A stretch of 64,000 nucleotides of DNA from Lama guanicoe (lineage: Eukaryota). The notes beneath the pieces are model-generated. The model had not been told where the DNA came from and searched no databases. It was given only the letters and a program-made list of their open reading frames with translations. Made by a program: the position numbers and the translations under genes. Position 1 is the stretch's first letter. Each line of letters starts with the position of its first letter. Positions 1 through 13,649 of the stretch are shown here, one piece after another. The stretch is taken from contig MU054187.1 in NCBI GenBank assembly GCA_013239625.1, positions 7,203,757 to 7,267,756 on the forward strand. The letters run 5' to 3'.

Positions 1-714
1 TGAATTCTTCAGGACGTGAGCTAATTCCAATACGGTGGCTACACTTACTGCAAATAATGTGGGCAGGCATGTCCGCATACCCAAGTTAATGAACATTTCA
101 AATCATTCTGGAAATGTCTCTTTTTTAAAAAATTCAAGTATTCGAAGAAAATGGGATTCACACTAATGAGACGAAGGGGCTTGTAAACATTTAACATTTA
201 CCTGAGTAGATTATTTAGAGAAGAGCAGATATTCTGGAGTAATTTTAAGTCATAAGGTTGGGAGTGTGAGGAGATACAGCCAGTATCTTATTCTCCACAT
301 GTTCACTCATGTTCTCCTGTGCACCCTTGAAGCCATCATCCCATGTTCTTACCACCTTGACTTCCACACTTCGTGAAAAAACATCAAATCATCTATCTCA
401 ATCCCCTCAATTCCTTGAAATCTGTTTTTTTCACTCCCAGCACTCTCCTGGTATTGCCCCACCGATCAGCAAATTCACTGTTGTTGGTTTGCATGTTTGT
501 TTTGTTTTAGGAGGTTTTTTGACTGTGGTGTGACCAACTGCCCTGAGATTCTTCCTCCTGTTGGCCTTGACACTGTCTCTTCCCAGGCTGTCCCCACACC
601 TCCCATGTTTCTCCTCTCTCTCCTTGCTTTCTTTGTTTTACCAACTGTCCCTTGGTAATCACACACACTTGCCTAAATACAAACACCATTATTTACATCT
701 TTTAAATTCTAATG

Positions 715-840
715 TGACAATGAGTGTGTATATGTCCATGAATGACTGAAAATTTGTGCTGAACACTGGAATCTGACACAACACTGTAAAATGATTATGA
801 ATCAATAAAAAATGTAAAAAAAAAAAGAAAAAAAAAAAGA
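715..840 (+). mobile_element. Severely 5'-truncated young L1 3' end with poly(A), followed by probable transduced DNA to 1071
   Basis: Matches the reverse complement of the young L1 3'UTR at ~54060-54170 (GTGACAA...ACTGAAAA..TGTGCT..ACACTGGAAT.TGA.ACAA...AAATGATTAT.AATCAATAAAAAATGT). AATAAA at 804-809, A-tail 816-840. Confidence 0.9.
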
Positions 841-3235
841 TAAAGACAATCTTTCCCCTACTGAATTACGACAGACTCTTTGCACTCTACCTTTAAAAAC
901 TATATATTAAATTTTTAATATCATTTAAATATAGCTTATTGATTTTTTTCAGTTCTGAGACTATTTCTTTGTGTATGAAGATAGAAACTTATCAGTGATT
1001 TCAGGATAAACATTTTATTTTTTCCAATTGCTGAATATGAGAATATAAAATCTTTAATTTGGAAAAAAAAATTCTAATGGCAAAGACATCGCTTGTCAAT
1101 TTTTTTAACCATAGTGTGCTTAAATTATCAGATAATATTTAATTCCAAGAAATGGAAAAGAAATGACATTTGAGCTACTCATAATTATGTTTAAGGTCAC
1201 TTTGTTGATCTATGGTTTAACTAAACCATGTATTTCAAAACTATAGGCTTTGATATGATAACCAAAAGAGTCAAGAAAATAAATGATCTTCTGTATTCAT
1301 TTATTTAGTTCTTTTTATTTAAAAAAATTGTGGTTTTCTGAGTTGCATTCCCTCTGATGTGCCTCATGCAAAACTGAGTTGATTATGTGTTGAGTTTTTT
1401 TTTTTAATGTTTGATATCTAACTGTCAAAGGAGATAGAAATCAGACACAAACTTATGATAAAATTTTATTCCAAATTTAAGTAAGAGTTTAGAATTTTAA
1501 ATATAATTTGATGCTGTTGATGTTCTCATTCAAATTTTAATACAGCCATTACAAAAAATAGTACAGTTTGTAAATATGTTACAGTGCCAGCAAATTAAGT
1601 GAGAACCACACTGAGAGATTTTTATGAGTGTAACAAACATGTATCATTAGTTCTTAAATTCACTTTTGTTTTATTTGGGTAATATAAATTTTAGTCAAAG
1701 TCATATTGAAAGGAACTTACAGTCCTGCAATAGAAAAGGCCACTGGGTAAGAACTCTTCCAGAACAGAAATTGCTATGAATTTTGAGATCATACTAGTTC
1801 ATCCTGAACCTGATGAATTCTATTAAGATGGGAAATCATAGTTCTTCTGTAGTGACCAAGACTAACTTCCAGAGATTAAATCTAATGGCCAGGAAAGGGA
1901 GCAGTGTACAGTTTGCCTGCAGGTAAATTGCCTTGTGTTAAACTGAATTCACTCACAAAAGCAATTATTTTTCTGTAATATTTTCCCTCCAGAGAGTAAG
2001 TACAAATGATACATGTAGCAAACTAATAACCAAAAAAGAAAAAAAAGATGATGTAAAATGTCTTATTATCCATAAAATGCTGTAGCTGTGAAGGTAACAG
2101 AATATATGTAGCAAACCAACAACCAAAAAAAAAAGATATAAAATGTTTTATTATTGATCTAATCAAAGACATTCTTATAATGATTCTTGGAATCATTTGA
2201 GTTGAGGAAAATCTAAAACCATGGAAAAACTGCCTACTAATGTGAACTGGAAATGTTTCTCATCTGGAGATGCAGGTACCACATATAGCAGAGGATAACA
2301 AGGGAGGGGTTTCCACTGACTTTGCCCAGGCGGGTCTCACGCTGGTCAGCTAGAAGTTCAAGGGCTTTCCACTTCGCACCAGCTTCCCCTAAGTTTTCAG
2401 AGTTCCAAATTCAATTTCTGACACTTAGGAGTGTTCCATGCCACTGAGGTGGGGATGGTCCTCCGAGGGGCACTGGAATGCACAGATGAGCATCATTTGT
2501 CCTGGACAATCAGCGGGCAGCCCCTGGGCGGCTGAGCAGAAGTGGTGCCCACTCCGCATGTCCCCCTGGCACTAGCGACAGTGAGCTTGATGGGAGTGGA
2601 GGCTGGGAAATCGACCATCTGCGCCTATATCCACGGCTCCCTGCAGATCCACATCCTGGCCCGTGGTCTGTGGGCACCCTTGCTCTCTCTCCATCACCAC
2701 ACCTCCTCAGGTGTCCACAGGGGTGGCTGTAATCTCTAATTTATCTGAGAGTCAAGAGTCTTGGTTCCTCATGTATTCTTTTCAAACCATTGTTTAGGAC
2801 AAAAGCATTATAACCTTAGTCCTTCATAGCTGACCCTCCACAAACACTAAGGGCAGTAAATGTTAGCCCATGAGGATAATTCTAATGACAATGAAGCAAG
2901 AAGAAAATTTCAGTTTGGACAAAATACTTTTAAAATAAGCATATGAATTTTTTAAATAAACATATCATCTCTGGATTTTTGATGTGTGCTAACCTTAAAA
3001 TGTTATTATTGAAAGAATTCTATCTCCACATTGAATAATTATAACCCCAGTGAAAAATGAGCCACTTAGCCATACGATACATGTGGCCATTGTTGGCTTT
3101 GTCTTTCGTCACTTTTTACTTGAAATTTAAACCGTTTCAGCAATTTCATCTCTCCTGAATTCGTCTTAATGTGAAGAGCAAAGATGTGATGTGATATGAT
3201 GGTCTCCTTTCGCTCTCTTGTCTCCTGCCCACTAG

Positions 3236-3475
<240 letters not shown>

Positions 3476-4362
3476 TAATGGCATTTTACATCTAACCCTT
3501 CCGTCCACAGTCCCCTGGTAGATAACGCCGCAGGTAAGAACATGGAACAATGATATTAACCATTATTATCCCAGCATTCGGTATGTTTAATGGCAGATTG
3601 CATCTTTTTCCTCTTGGCATCCAGACACTTTGTTTTTAGAACCAGTTAGTTGCTATGGCTTCTAACTTGGGATACAACACACAAAATTCAGTGGGACTGT
3701 GTCACCAGAAGTGGTGCGTTGTCCATTGGCTCCTCCCTTTTAACATGCTTCTGCTACTGCTTCTAGTTCCAATGCATTCTTTTCCTGAGGCGCGTTAGCT
3801 CCTTATGTGAATGAACACTTAGAGAAAGAAGGATTAAACATACCCGCTGGCTTTCTCAATCTAATAAACCTCATATTTGTGACTCCTTGAGAAAATAAAT
3901 TCCTCCAGAGTCTTACACCTTTTAGTGCCTAAACTTTGTTGTGAGGGTACAATTCCATATAGAGAAACAAAGGGGATGTGGCTTGATTGGACTACAGAAG
4001 ACTCACGTGCTGGGAGTTCCTTAATGATATTTACTCTGTACCTGCTTGTCCCACCCACAGCTTGATCACATTGCAGAGTGCAATTCATTTAATACACATC
4101 CATCATCAATAGTGCTCTTTCCCTGAAATCCAACAAAGATGTGGCATTTTGTTTGAGTCAATGAGCAGTAAAGCCGTTCTCACAATGCTTTTCACGTACG
4201 TCAGCCATCTCAGTTCTTCTAGCCAACTGGTTAGAGTCAGAATAAGAGATACAGGCTTAATAATAAATAAACAGATGACAGATGTCTAGGAGGCGTTTGG
4301 CAGTGGAGAATGTACCTTGGAATTATTTCCAGACAGACTTTAGGAGTCCTGGCTGTCCCTTA

Positions 4363-4790
4363 CTGTATCCGTTATCTGCTGCTCTGTAACAAACCACCCC
4401 AAACTGTAACTACCTAACATCAATGTGTTGCTTAGAGTTCGGTGGGTCAGGACTTCGAGAAGGGCTCAGCTGGGTAGTTCTGCTCCACATGATACTGGCC
4501 AGGGTGTCTCACACGAACCTCTCAACCAGGAGCTCTGATGGCCTTAGAACACCCAAGGAGTCCTCACTCAGATGTCTGGGGCCGGCTGTTGCCCCACTTT
4601 CTCCTCCACATGGCTTCTCTCTTTGAAGAAAACTTGACAGGCTTTCTTAGAGCAAGGCAGCTGGGTTCCAAGCAGAGGACCCCAACGTGCAAGCATTACC
4701 AAGCCTCTACTTGAGAGTCATGCCTGTGATCGTCCCCCTGGCAGCAAGTCATGTGACCGAGCCCAGAGTCACTGTGGGAGGGGGATGCAG
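4363..4790 (-). mobile_element. MaLR LTR (MLT1-type), old
   Basis: TGTATCCGTTATCTGCTGCTCTGTAACAAACCACCCCAAAC start and GCAAGTCATGTGACCGAGCCCAGA resemble reverse-strand MLT1. Confidence 0.65.
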
Positions 4791-6109
4791 TGGTCTTACC
4801 CTCACTTACGTAGTTCATTCATTATTGTTCTTTAACCTGCATATAAATATGCATGGTTTAAAACAGTGTTTTAGAACGTATTTGAATTATAATTTTCAAG
4901 GAAGACTAAAGACTAGAATAAAAAACTTCAAAGATCTTTTCATGCTCTAGTTCAATGAAAGGAAAATTCTACCCTGAATTCAAAGACGTTGTACTTCAAT
5001 GCTGAGGAATTTTTCTTCAGAGATTATCCTTTCCCTGTTCTCTGGTCTTGTTTTGGGTTTTTGTTGTTGTTTGTTTTTAACTCTCCTGGCAGTTACATAT
5101 GAAACTGTGGCAAAATGTATATGTTTAAATCTTTGAATTTTTTAAAAATGTGGTGAATTTTCTTTTAAAATTGTTCAGTCTATTTTAATGCGAAACTGTA
5201 CTCTATTGTCATATCCTAGGTCCTAAAGGTTCTTATTAAATTTTTTAATATTGAAACATTTTTTCTAGAACCCTTCCTCTGTGAACAGATTCCTTTACTT
5301 TAAAAAAAATTCATAGAAAATTGCCAAGCCATTTTTGTGGAGTGATGGTATGATGTGCAGGTTCTTATAATGCAGCAGAAAGCTGTCAGAATCAAAAAGT
5401 CATTTCTCCATAGTAACTCCAATTCAAATGAATAGCAAGGTGAAAGTATTTATTGGATATGGAGCTGAACTGACACATAAAAACCTACACTAAAGGGAAG
5501 TACTGAATAAAGTATACACACCTAAAATACTTATCACTTATAGATGAACTCCTTGGCATCTCAGCTAAGTGAATATTCAAAGCTCAGCCCCTGCACACAT
5601 TGTCCTGATTAGACTGTTCAGCCTTCCAGCAGCAAAAATACTAGTTGCTGATTTCTGACTTTCCTCTTGTAACACACCAGCGAGACAAGATTCCCAATAG
5701 ATTTTCTTTTTATATTAAAATGAAATCTACCCTGAAGTCACTTCACAATCATCAAATTATGTTATGATTGTTGTGGTTGATGGCGTATGGCTTTCTGGTA
5801 TTTTCCACTTATTTCACTTGATACGTTTACAATGATTAGAATTGTGATTTTTTTAATCCAACGCTATGAGAGTGCTTCCAGTATCAGTTTCTTAGCATGT
5901 GCTGAGACGTCAGTCTTAATCCTGAGAAAAGGGCTGCTGACTGCAGTATTGGTGCACATGTGGTAGAGTCTAGACAGGTTTTTGCTTGCTTGCTGGTAGC
6001 CAGTTTGAGAGAGAGAAAAACTTTGGCCCTTGACTTCCTCTAAATATCTATCCCCCTCAAAAAGGACTTAATGTCTGTAAATGATCAAATTGGTTTAGTC
6101 ACTACTTAT

Positions 6110-6670
6110 CAGAGTAGCTAGAGAAGATGTATCCTGGGACGTGGCATTTGAGCTGAGACACAAAAGAAGTCATTTCAAGTGTGGGTCTAGGAATATTCCA
6201 GAGGAAACAGAAAGATTCACATGGCTGGAACTTGGAAAATACGGGAGAGAGTGATGAAAGGTGAAATCAGAGAAGGGCTAGAGGTTAAAAAAGACATGGT
6301 ACAGAATTTGAGTTGGATTACAAAATGCTGGGAACTGTTACTGTGTTTCAGCCAGGAGAGGGGCGCGCTCTGTATTTACGAAAGCAACTCTGTAGCTGCT
6401 TGGAGAGTGGATTGGAGGAGAATAAAAACAGAAGAAAAAAAACTAATTTGTAGGCTATTCCAATAGACCACATGAGAGGAGATGGTGGCTTGGACTTGGG
6501 TGGTAGCAACAGAACTAGAAATGTCTACACAGCAGTTCTTGCTGAAGATAGGACGTGGCATGTGAGGAAAGGGAAGAAAGATGAAGCTTGGGGCTTGGAT
6601 TTGAGGAGTGGGGTAGGGGACGCTGCTATTTACCAAAATGAGAGAGTCCAGGAACTTTGCTTCACTGGCA
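6110..6670 (-). mobile_element. L2 LINE fragment
   Basis: GAGATGGTGGCTTGGACTTGGGTGGTAGC and TTTGAGCTGAGAC are typical of antisense L2. Confidence 0.7.
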
Positions 6671-7236
6671 GCTTCCATCTCTTCTTGACATAAGAAATAA
6701 TGGGAATGAAACATAGATTTTTTTTAAATAGGTTTAATTATTAGAGAAATACTTCCAGAAATATCACAAGGCTGATATAGTTAGCCTAAAAGAAGCACCA
6801 TCTGGTAGTGGAAAGTGTGCCTTCCCAGATGGAAAAGTCTTGCCATTCTAATGGCACTTAATTGATTGTCATTTCATAATGGTTTAAAGAAATTAGTGCA
6901 GTATTAGCCGTTCACATTTGACTAAAAGTAAAGTTGGTAGCAAGAAAGCTACGAGGAAGTGGTGCTCTTTATTTAAATTGATTAATGTAAATAGCTCTTT
7001 CATTTAAAACTGGTTTATACAAAATTCAAGCAAATATTTGCGATGCATAATTATTATTTAGTAGCAAAGATAATCGGGAAGCCATGCAGACAATGAAACA
7101 TGAACAATTAAAATCTTCAGGATACACAACAGCTTTTAATTAGTCAGTTAAATTAATCTAAATAAATAGAAAACCGTGTTGTAAGGCTTGGCTGCAAAGG
7201 ATTTTAAAACCAATGATAATAATAAAAAAAAAATCA

Positions 7237-7386
7237 GGGGGGTAGGATGTATCTCAGTGGTAGAGTTCATGCTTAGTGTGCATGAGGTCCTGGGTTCAAT
7301 CCCCAGTACCTCCATTTAAAAAAAATAAAAATAAATAAACAAACCTAATTGCCTCCCCCACAAAACAAACAAACAAACAAACAAAA
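7237..7386 (+). mobile_element. Camelid tRNA-derived SINE (Vic-1-like)
   Basis: A-box-like TATCTCAGTGGTAGAG, B-box GGTTCAATCCC, AATAAATAAACAAACCTAATT..CCCC and a (CAAA)n tail. Homologous to three other copies in the window. Confidence 0.88.
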
Positions 7387-7610
7387 GCATAGCTATCATT
7401 TCCTGGGTGTATACTATGTGCTTGACTTCTTCCTTTGAAATATCATCTTGCATAATCTTTTCAAGAGTAATGCAGAGTAGACCTTATTTTCTCTAATTTA
7501 CGTAGGAGTAAACTGGGACACAAAATAAACATCTTATCCATTTTCCTGTGGTCAGCGACTGGGGAGGGGGCATCAAACTTGGTTCAAATATATCCCAAAA
7601 TGACTGTGCT
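7387..7610 (-). mobile_element. MIR SINE fragment
   Basis: ATAGCTATCATTT...TACTATGTGC...TAATTTACGTAGGAGTAAACTGGGAC resembles the antisense MIR core. Confidence 0.55.
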
Positions 7611-8679
7611 TATTAAGGATACTTTGTTAATCCATAAAGCAAAAGGCAGAATAGATATAAATGTTTCACCTAGTATATGTTTTGGAAAGATATTAGGGTT
7701 CTAAAGAGTCAATCTGCAGATTTTGCTCAACTATCTCATGATTTCATAGAAGTCAGCATCTTCAACTTGTGAGACTTCTGTGTCCTGCACGTACAGGACA
7801 GAGCAGGAAAGAGCAGACATCTATTGTCTTTGCTTGCTGGCTTCCACACTCCCAGCTTCTGATAACAGCATGTCCACTGCCTCACAGTTAGAGAGCCACA
7901 CACTCACTCCCGCCCTCTACACGGTGAAGGTGGGCTCCGGCCGGGCAGGGCTGCCCCCACCACGCTCCAGCTCCAGGGCTGGACGCGAGGCCCAGAAAGT
8001 GTCATCAGCATGTTGCTTCCTCCAAGGTTTCAGAATGACTTTTTGTCTGTAGATCCAAAATCCATCACGTTGGAACTTCCATCTATAGTTCTGCCTCCTG
8101 AGTATCAAAGAGTATCTAGTCTTCGTTCAAATCCCACTCTTCTGGCTTGTCACAGGAAGATTACCTTCCAACCCATCTTGCAGTCTTGTCTCATAGGACA
8201 TCACCGACATTTTTGACTAGTGCCTTGCTGACAAGATTCTGTATTTGCATTGGCAGCAGTTGCAGGTTTCTTAGCCGTGATCCCTTTATCCCTAAGGCAA
8301 AAAGCCTGGCTCCATCTCCTTCTTGTGAAGCTGTAGGTGAGGTTTAGACTTCTGCCTGAGACCTAGGACGCTCTCTGCCCCCATGAGGTGTAATCTGGAA
8401 GGAAGAAGAAGCTACGGTCATGGGATGCTTGCCCTTGCCCTGAGTTCTGTCATGGAAATGGACATGGACTTTGTGCTGAGAAGAGGATTCAACAATTTGC
8501 AAATCTTTTCTGGATTTTTCTTTTTCCTATGTCCTCCAGGTCTTTCCTTCATATATGTGCAGTCACCCAGTCATCCAGGGGTGTTTGGAGAGCTTGTACC
8601 CCCTAGATTCTCTCCTACACATGTGCAGCTTCCCAGTTTTATGTAAGAAAATAATCATGAGCGTTACATCTCATCACTT

Positions 8680-8865
8680 TGCCATGTAGTGAAATATGTC
8701 ATGGAAAGGACGTCTCATCATCTCATCTCATCATCTCATCACCTCATACATCTTTGCCATATTCTGTTGGTCAGAGCAAGTCTCAGGTGCTGCCCACTCT
8801 CAAGAGGAGTAGATTATACAAGGGCAAAAATCCTAGAAGGAGAGAATTATTGGGGGTCACCTTGC
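8680..8865 (-). mobile_element. MaLR LTR fragment (MLT1-type)
   Basis: TTTGCCATATTCTGTTGGTCAGAGCAAGTC...ATACAAGGGC...GGGGTCACCTT. Confidence 0.55.
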
Positions 8866-8899
8866 TTGAGTGTTAGATGTACCCCACAAGCTACACATA

Positions 8900-9272
8900 G
8901 ACGCATCAGCAGATGGTAGGAGATTTTGTAGCTTTAGGTGTTTGAGCAAACGTCTAACCAATCACTGACAACTCCTAAGCTATGCAGACACAGTGGTGAC
9001 CTCTAGGATCCTAAAGTAAAAATAGGTTTAAAAAAAAAAACTGAACAGAGGCCTGAGAAGCTACATACCAAGATTAGGCTCGGACAAGTTAATGTAAAGC
9101 AAAAGAAAACAACCCTTTGGGGAAAAAAAGAAGAATCGAGAGTTTCTATATTATCTAAAATGTCCAGTTTTCAAAACAAAAAGAGAGAGATGAAGTGTAC
9201 AAAGAAACAATATATAGGGAAGTGTGACCTATATTTTAGGTGGGGGAAACAGTCAATAGAAATTGTCTCTGT
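8900..9272 (+). mobile_element. Old L1 (L1M) 5'/ORF1-proximal fragment
   Basis: TATCTAAAATGTCCAGTTTTCAA...AAAGAAACA...AGTGTGACC...CAGTCAATAGAAA is characteristic of L1M 5' regions. Confidence 0.6.
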
Positions 9273-12200
9273 GGCAGTAGAAAAAAAATTTTTCATTCAG
9301 GACATCAACAGAGTAACTTACGGGATAACATACGATAGTGGATTTGTCTAACCTTGTTTACAACGGATGCTGGGAAAAGTTGGGGGACAAACACCTACCA
9401 GGGGTCCATCATGAGTGATTCAGGGAGCAGTAACAGAAGGGCACAAAAAAGAGAATTGGTCGTGTAATTGCATTCTGTCAAATGGCTAGATAAGCAGCCA
9501 GCAGTTTTGCATTAGAATGTGTTTGGTTATCCCACTTACAATGGGCTGGTAATCCCATAAATATTTATTGCTGAACTAAAGAAAGCAGTATAAGCTTTTA
9601 CCCTTTGAGAAAGGTCTGTAACCTGCACGGTGCCAGGGAAGTAGGAAACCCTGATGATTTGGTTACTTCTTCATATGTTAAAGGCTGGACCGCCTTTGGC
9701 TCCTGTGAACACTCTGAATGCAGCTGTCGGAGGCGCACTCCTGGAGGGCAATTGTGAGCATATGCTGCCATGGGGGAGCGATCAGACCCACAGCTGCTCT
9801 CTACCCCGACCCGGAGCAGGACAATGTGGAGTCCACGGGCTAGCAGATTTACCTTTGTTGGCTGGGAATAAGGATCAATCCCTTGTGAACAGACTGAACA
9901 TAAGAACAAAAGGAGAAAGAAGAAGGGGAGAAAAAACACTTTCCTTAAAATGATTCTGTATCTCTGTACACTACGTAATGTTAATCCTCCCACGTGGCTT
10001 GGAGGAAATAAACAGATTCTTTTTTTTTTTTTGAAAGGCATGGCATCTCTTAAGCAATAAATACATCCCATTTCCAGGTCTATGTGCTATATATGTTGAA
10101 TGAACAAAACCCCAAAATCTATCACTTCTGATTTTGCAGATATTTTCAGATCCTGTCTACTCCTCAAAAAGATGTAGGCTGCTAATAATAAGGCACCAGA
10201 AATAAAAAGACCAAAAACAGCTATTAGTAAAACAAAGTCATAATCAAAAGTCAGAGAGAGAGAGAGAGCAAAATCTGTTGCCTGAGAAAATCTGCAGTGA
10301 CTAAACATGATCATTATGAATGTCCTTGGCAACCAGAGCAAAGAGGAAAACTCAATAAATAAATAGCCTCTTATTTTTAAAAGTTCTGGTACTTTCTCAA
10401 CACTGCACATCAACACACCATTTGTTTCTCTTGCTGTGTTAGGATGACAATGAGCCTCCACTGCCCTGGCCGTGGCGTTGCTGTTCTTCCTGATGGCTCA
10501 TCCCACTTTTTCTTCTCTAGCCATTGGCTCCCTTGTCTTGCTCAGTTTCCGCTCCTTCACACTGTCAGTTTACAATACACGTGACACACACCCCCCACCG
10601 CCCTTCTCCAAATCGTAACCCTTTGGGCTCAGCTCTCTCCGGCGACTGAGAAGGTGCACATTTTGGAGTTCTGAGAGGATGAATCTCATTGGCTCAGCTC
10701 CTTGTTTGATGCTAGGCTACAGGTCACAGGCCAGTTTATAACCTGTCTGTCTGTCTGCCTTTGGGCCCACTCCCCACCTGCAGGTTAGTTATCTGTGACT
10801 CTGGGAATAGCATGGCAGTTAGTGGCGGGAGGTGCGGGTGGGGCCGCTTCCCCAGGAACCGCATGTGGCAGGCAGGCACTGCTCTTTTCCCCCCTAAAGT
10901 TGGGCATGTGTCTCGGACCCCATTACGTTTCTTTTTCAGCTCTAAGGATATCCAAGAAATGTGTTCTTAATATCATTACCCGGAATATCCATAATCCACA
11001 TCAAACCTGACATTTTGGGGTTAAATAATCCCTATCTTTGCTGGAGTTTGAGCCGAAGGGAAGGAAAATTTCACTAATTAAGAAGCAACAGCACGGTGCC
11101 CTGTTTTATTAACTAAATCCTTTAAGTATATAAGTGATGGTGGAGGGTCGTTCCTTTTACCTACCATTTTAGACATACATGAATATTTGCTTTTTGGTTT
11201 TTAAAATACAAAACGTCTCTTGTAATTCCAGTAGTCACTAGGAGAACTCGTGAGCTTCAGGGCTGGTGGTGGCTTTGCTTTCTCTTATCATCTCTTTGGG
11301 GTTTTATTTCCTTTCTTTTGGCCACTATTAGTAGCCTTTGCACACACGACATGTTACTTCTCTACAGGAAGTAAGGTAGCTTGACTGGCAGTAAATGGCT
11401 TCGTAATGAGGTGATTATTTTTAACATGTGTAGATTCTAGTCTGGCTCCAATAAATATCAAATAGAGCATGAGACGAATGTCAGAGAACATTCCTTTTTC
11501 ACTTCCGACATGGTATGTAAGTACAAGAAAAATCCATTCAACTGTCACTAACAAATGTGCTTAATAAATAAAATGTCATCGGGCAGAAATGGTACTCAGT
11601 AACAGTGCTTAGAAAGTAGTCCTCAAGCCTGAAGCTACTCTCGGGAAAACCTATCGCTCCCTCCCCCGACAAATACGCTTAAAATACTGTCCTTCCACCC
11701 ATTAAAGTGTTTCTGGAGGTGAGTGAAGAGTTGGGAAAGGAAACGGAAAGATGGTGAGCGGGAGTCTTGGAGGTCTGTTCAATCTCAACCCCCGCCTTAC
11801 CCTCATTTTCTTTCTTCTTCATCTTCTGTAGTTTCTATTCGTCTGGGGGAGAGTTGCCAGTAATGTGAGGCTTCCTGACAGTTGCCTGCATTCCTGAGAC
11901 GCTGTAATCATTTATCTTTCCAGCATTAAGCAGAGTCTAACTCTGTGGGAATGCAGAGTAGGTCCCCAACACAGGGGCGGTGGGAAGAGAGACAGCGACG
12001 GGCAGTGTGGCCTCAAGAACACAGCCCTTAGCTGCAGCCAGCAGCCTCACTCGCTCTTGGCTCCTGCTTCTTTTTTTACTGTCTTTTTCCTTCATTCATT
12101 CAAGTATTCATCCATCCTCTATCCATCCATCCATCCCCTTCAACCCCCATTGTGTGCATGTCATGGTGCAGATGATCAGAAATTGCCTCTGCATCAAAAT

Positions 12201-12995
12201 TTCAGGACAGTGAGGTCCAGGCATTTGTATATTCAACAAATTCTAAAGGTAATTCTGATTCTCTGACATGTGTTAGTACCACTTATTTGAAGGCTACAAA
12301 TATGTATAACCTGGATTCCCATCACCTGGATTCTGTGTAGCCCTTCTGCTTTCTCTGTCCCCTATTCAAATCTCACCCCTCTTCTTCCCTCCCACATAAG
12401 CATAAATCCAAACAGAAGCAAGAGCTAATACTTCTAAGGTCTGTTGTGAACATTTATAACTGAAATAAGGGCTGGCATTCAGTTGGAGGTGGGTGAAAAG
12501 AAAGATGCGCTTTTCCCTGCCATGTTCACGGACCCCCTGGACTCCTTCCACAAACCCCTTGGATGTCTGTGGACCTCATGTATAAAACAGATTTTAAAGC
12601 TGAGTTACGTAGTGGGGAAAGCCCCACCCATTTTAGAATCAGGTGGTCTGAAGTTTAAGTCTCATCTCCAGAATGACTAGCTGTAGAGCCTTCAGCTAGA
12701 AGTGCCTGAATTTCTCCAAGTCTTTGTTTTTTCAGCTCTAAAGTGCAATTAAAAGGGGATTGAAAACTTAATAGTGCTTCACAGCTTTTTAAATTAATTA
12801 GATAACACAGAGGGTAGCCTGGAGCATTGTGAATGTTCAAAAGTATGCTAATATTAGTCACCTAAAATATCATTAGGCCCCTGAAATCAATATTATATGA
12901 ACTCACTTCAACTACATCAGCAGGTCTTATTTGGGGTTGAAATTAATATTTATTTTTCATATTTAAATACACACATATGTATACATCTGCATGTG

Positions 12996-12996
<1 letters not shown>

Positions 12997-13030
<34 letters not shown>
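12997..13030. repeat. (TG)n microsatellite
   Basis: About 16 consecutive TG units. Confidence 0.95.
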
Positions 13031-13033
<3 letters not shown>

Positions 13034-13596
13034 AGTGACCCTTACCTTGAAATTTATGACTCCTCAGACATCCACCACATCTCCAGATCCCAACCAAGCC
13101 TCCAGCTCTTTCAAAGACCATTTCAAAAAGTGTGTTGGTTTGGGCAACGGCATGCAACATGACTACCTTCCGTTCTCCATCTTTGGCTTGAGGCTCACCA
13201 AGTTAGATGTCACTGGTGACTTTAAAGTCATCAGCGGGTGACAGACACTGCCCCTACCTAGTCTCTGCCTAGGGGACAGAGCTGCTGGATCCAACCAGAT
13301 GACTATACTGAACAAGTACACATGTGGTGCACAGCACGACCCGATAGGAGACAGCCGATCTGAATTCCTCACACGGAGGCCTGTGAAGTCTGCATGTACC
13401 CAGACAGCTGGGTTTGCAGAGAACACTTTCTTTTACCACTTAAACCTCATAGTCTGAGTTGAGCAAGGAGCCCCAGTCCTAGCCTGTCTCGTGCTGTGCA
13501 GAGGACAAGGATGTTGAGGTTACTGAGTGCTGTGTCATTTAGTTCAGTAGAAAGGAGGCAGAATTTTTAAGGTGAGAGAACATTAGCTCTTACTTC

Positions 13597-13611
13597 GCAC
13601 GTGCACACACA

Positions 13612-13643
<32 letters not shown>
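13597..13643. repeat. (CA)n microsatellite
   Basis: Interrupted CA run. Confidence 0.95.

Positions 13644-13649
<6 letters not shown>

Noticed and set aside
1212..1229. Short inverted repeat ATGGTTTA-AC-TAAACCAT
   Set aside because: An 8-bp AT-rich stem is expected by chance.
7237..7312. tRNA-like sequence (also at 18109, 43090 and 45988)
   Set aside because: Each is followed by the SINE-specific body and A-rich tail, and one has a TSD. They are SINE heads, not tRNA genes.
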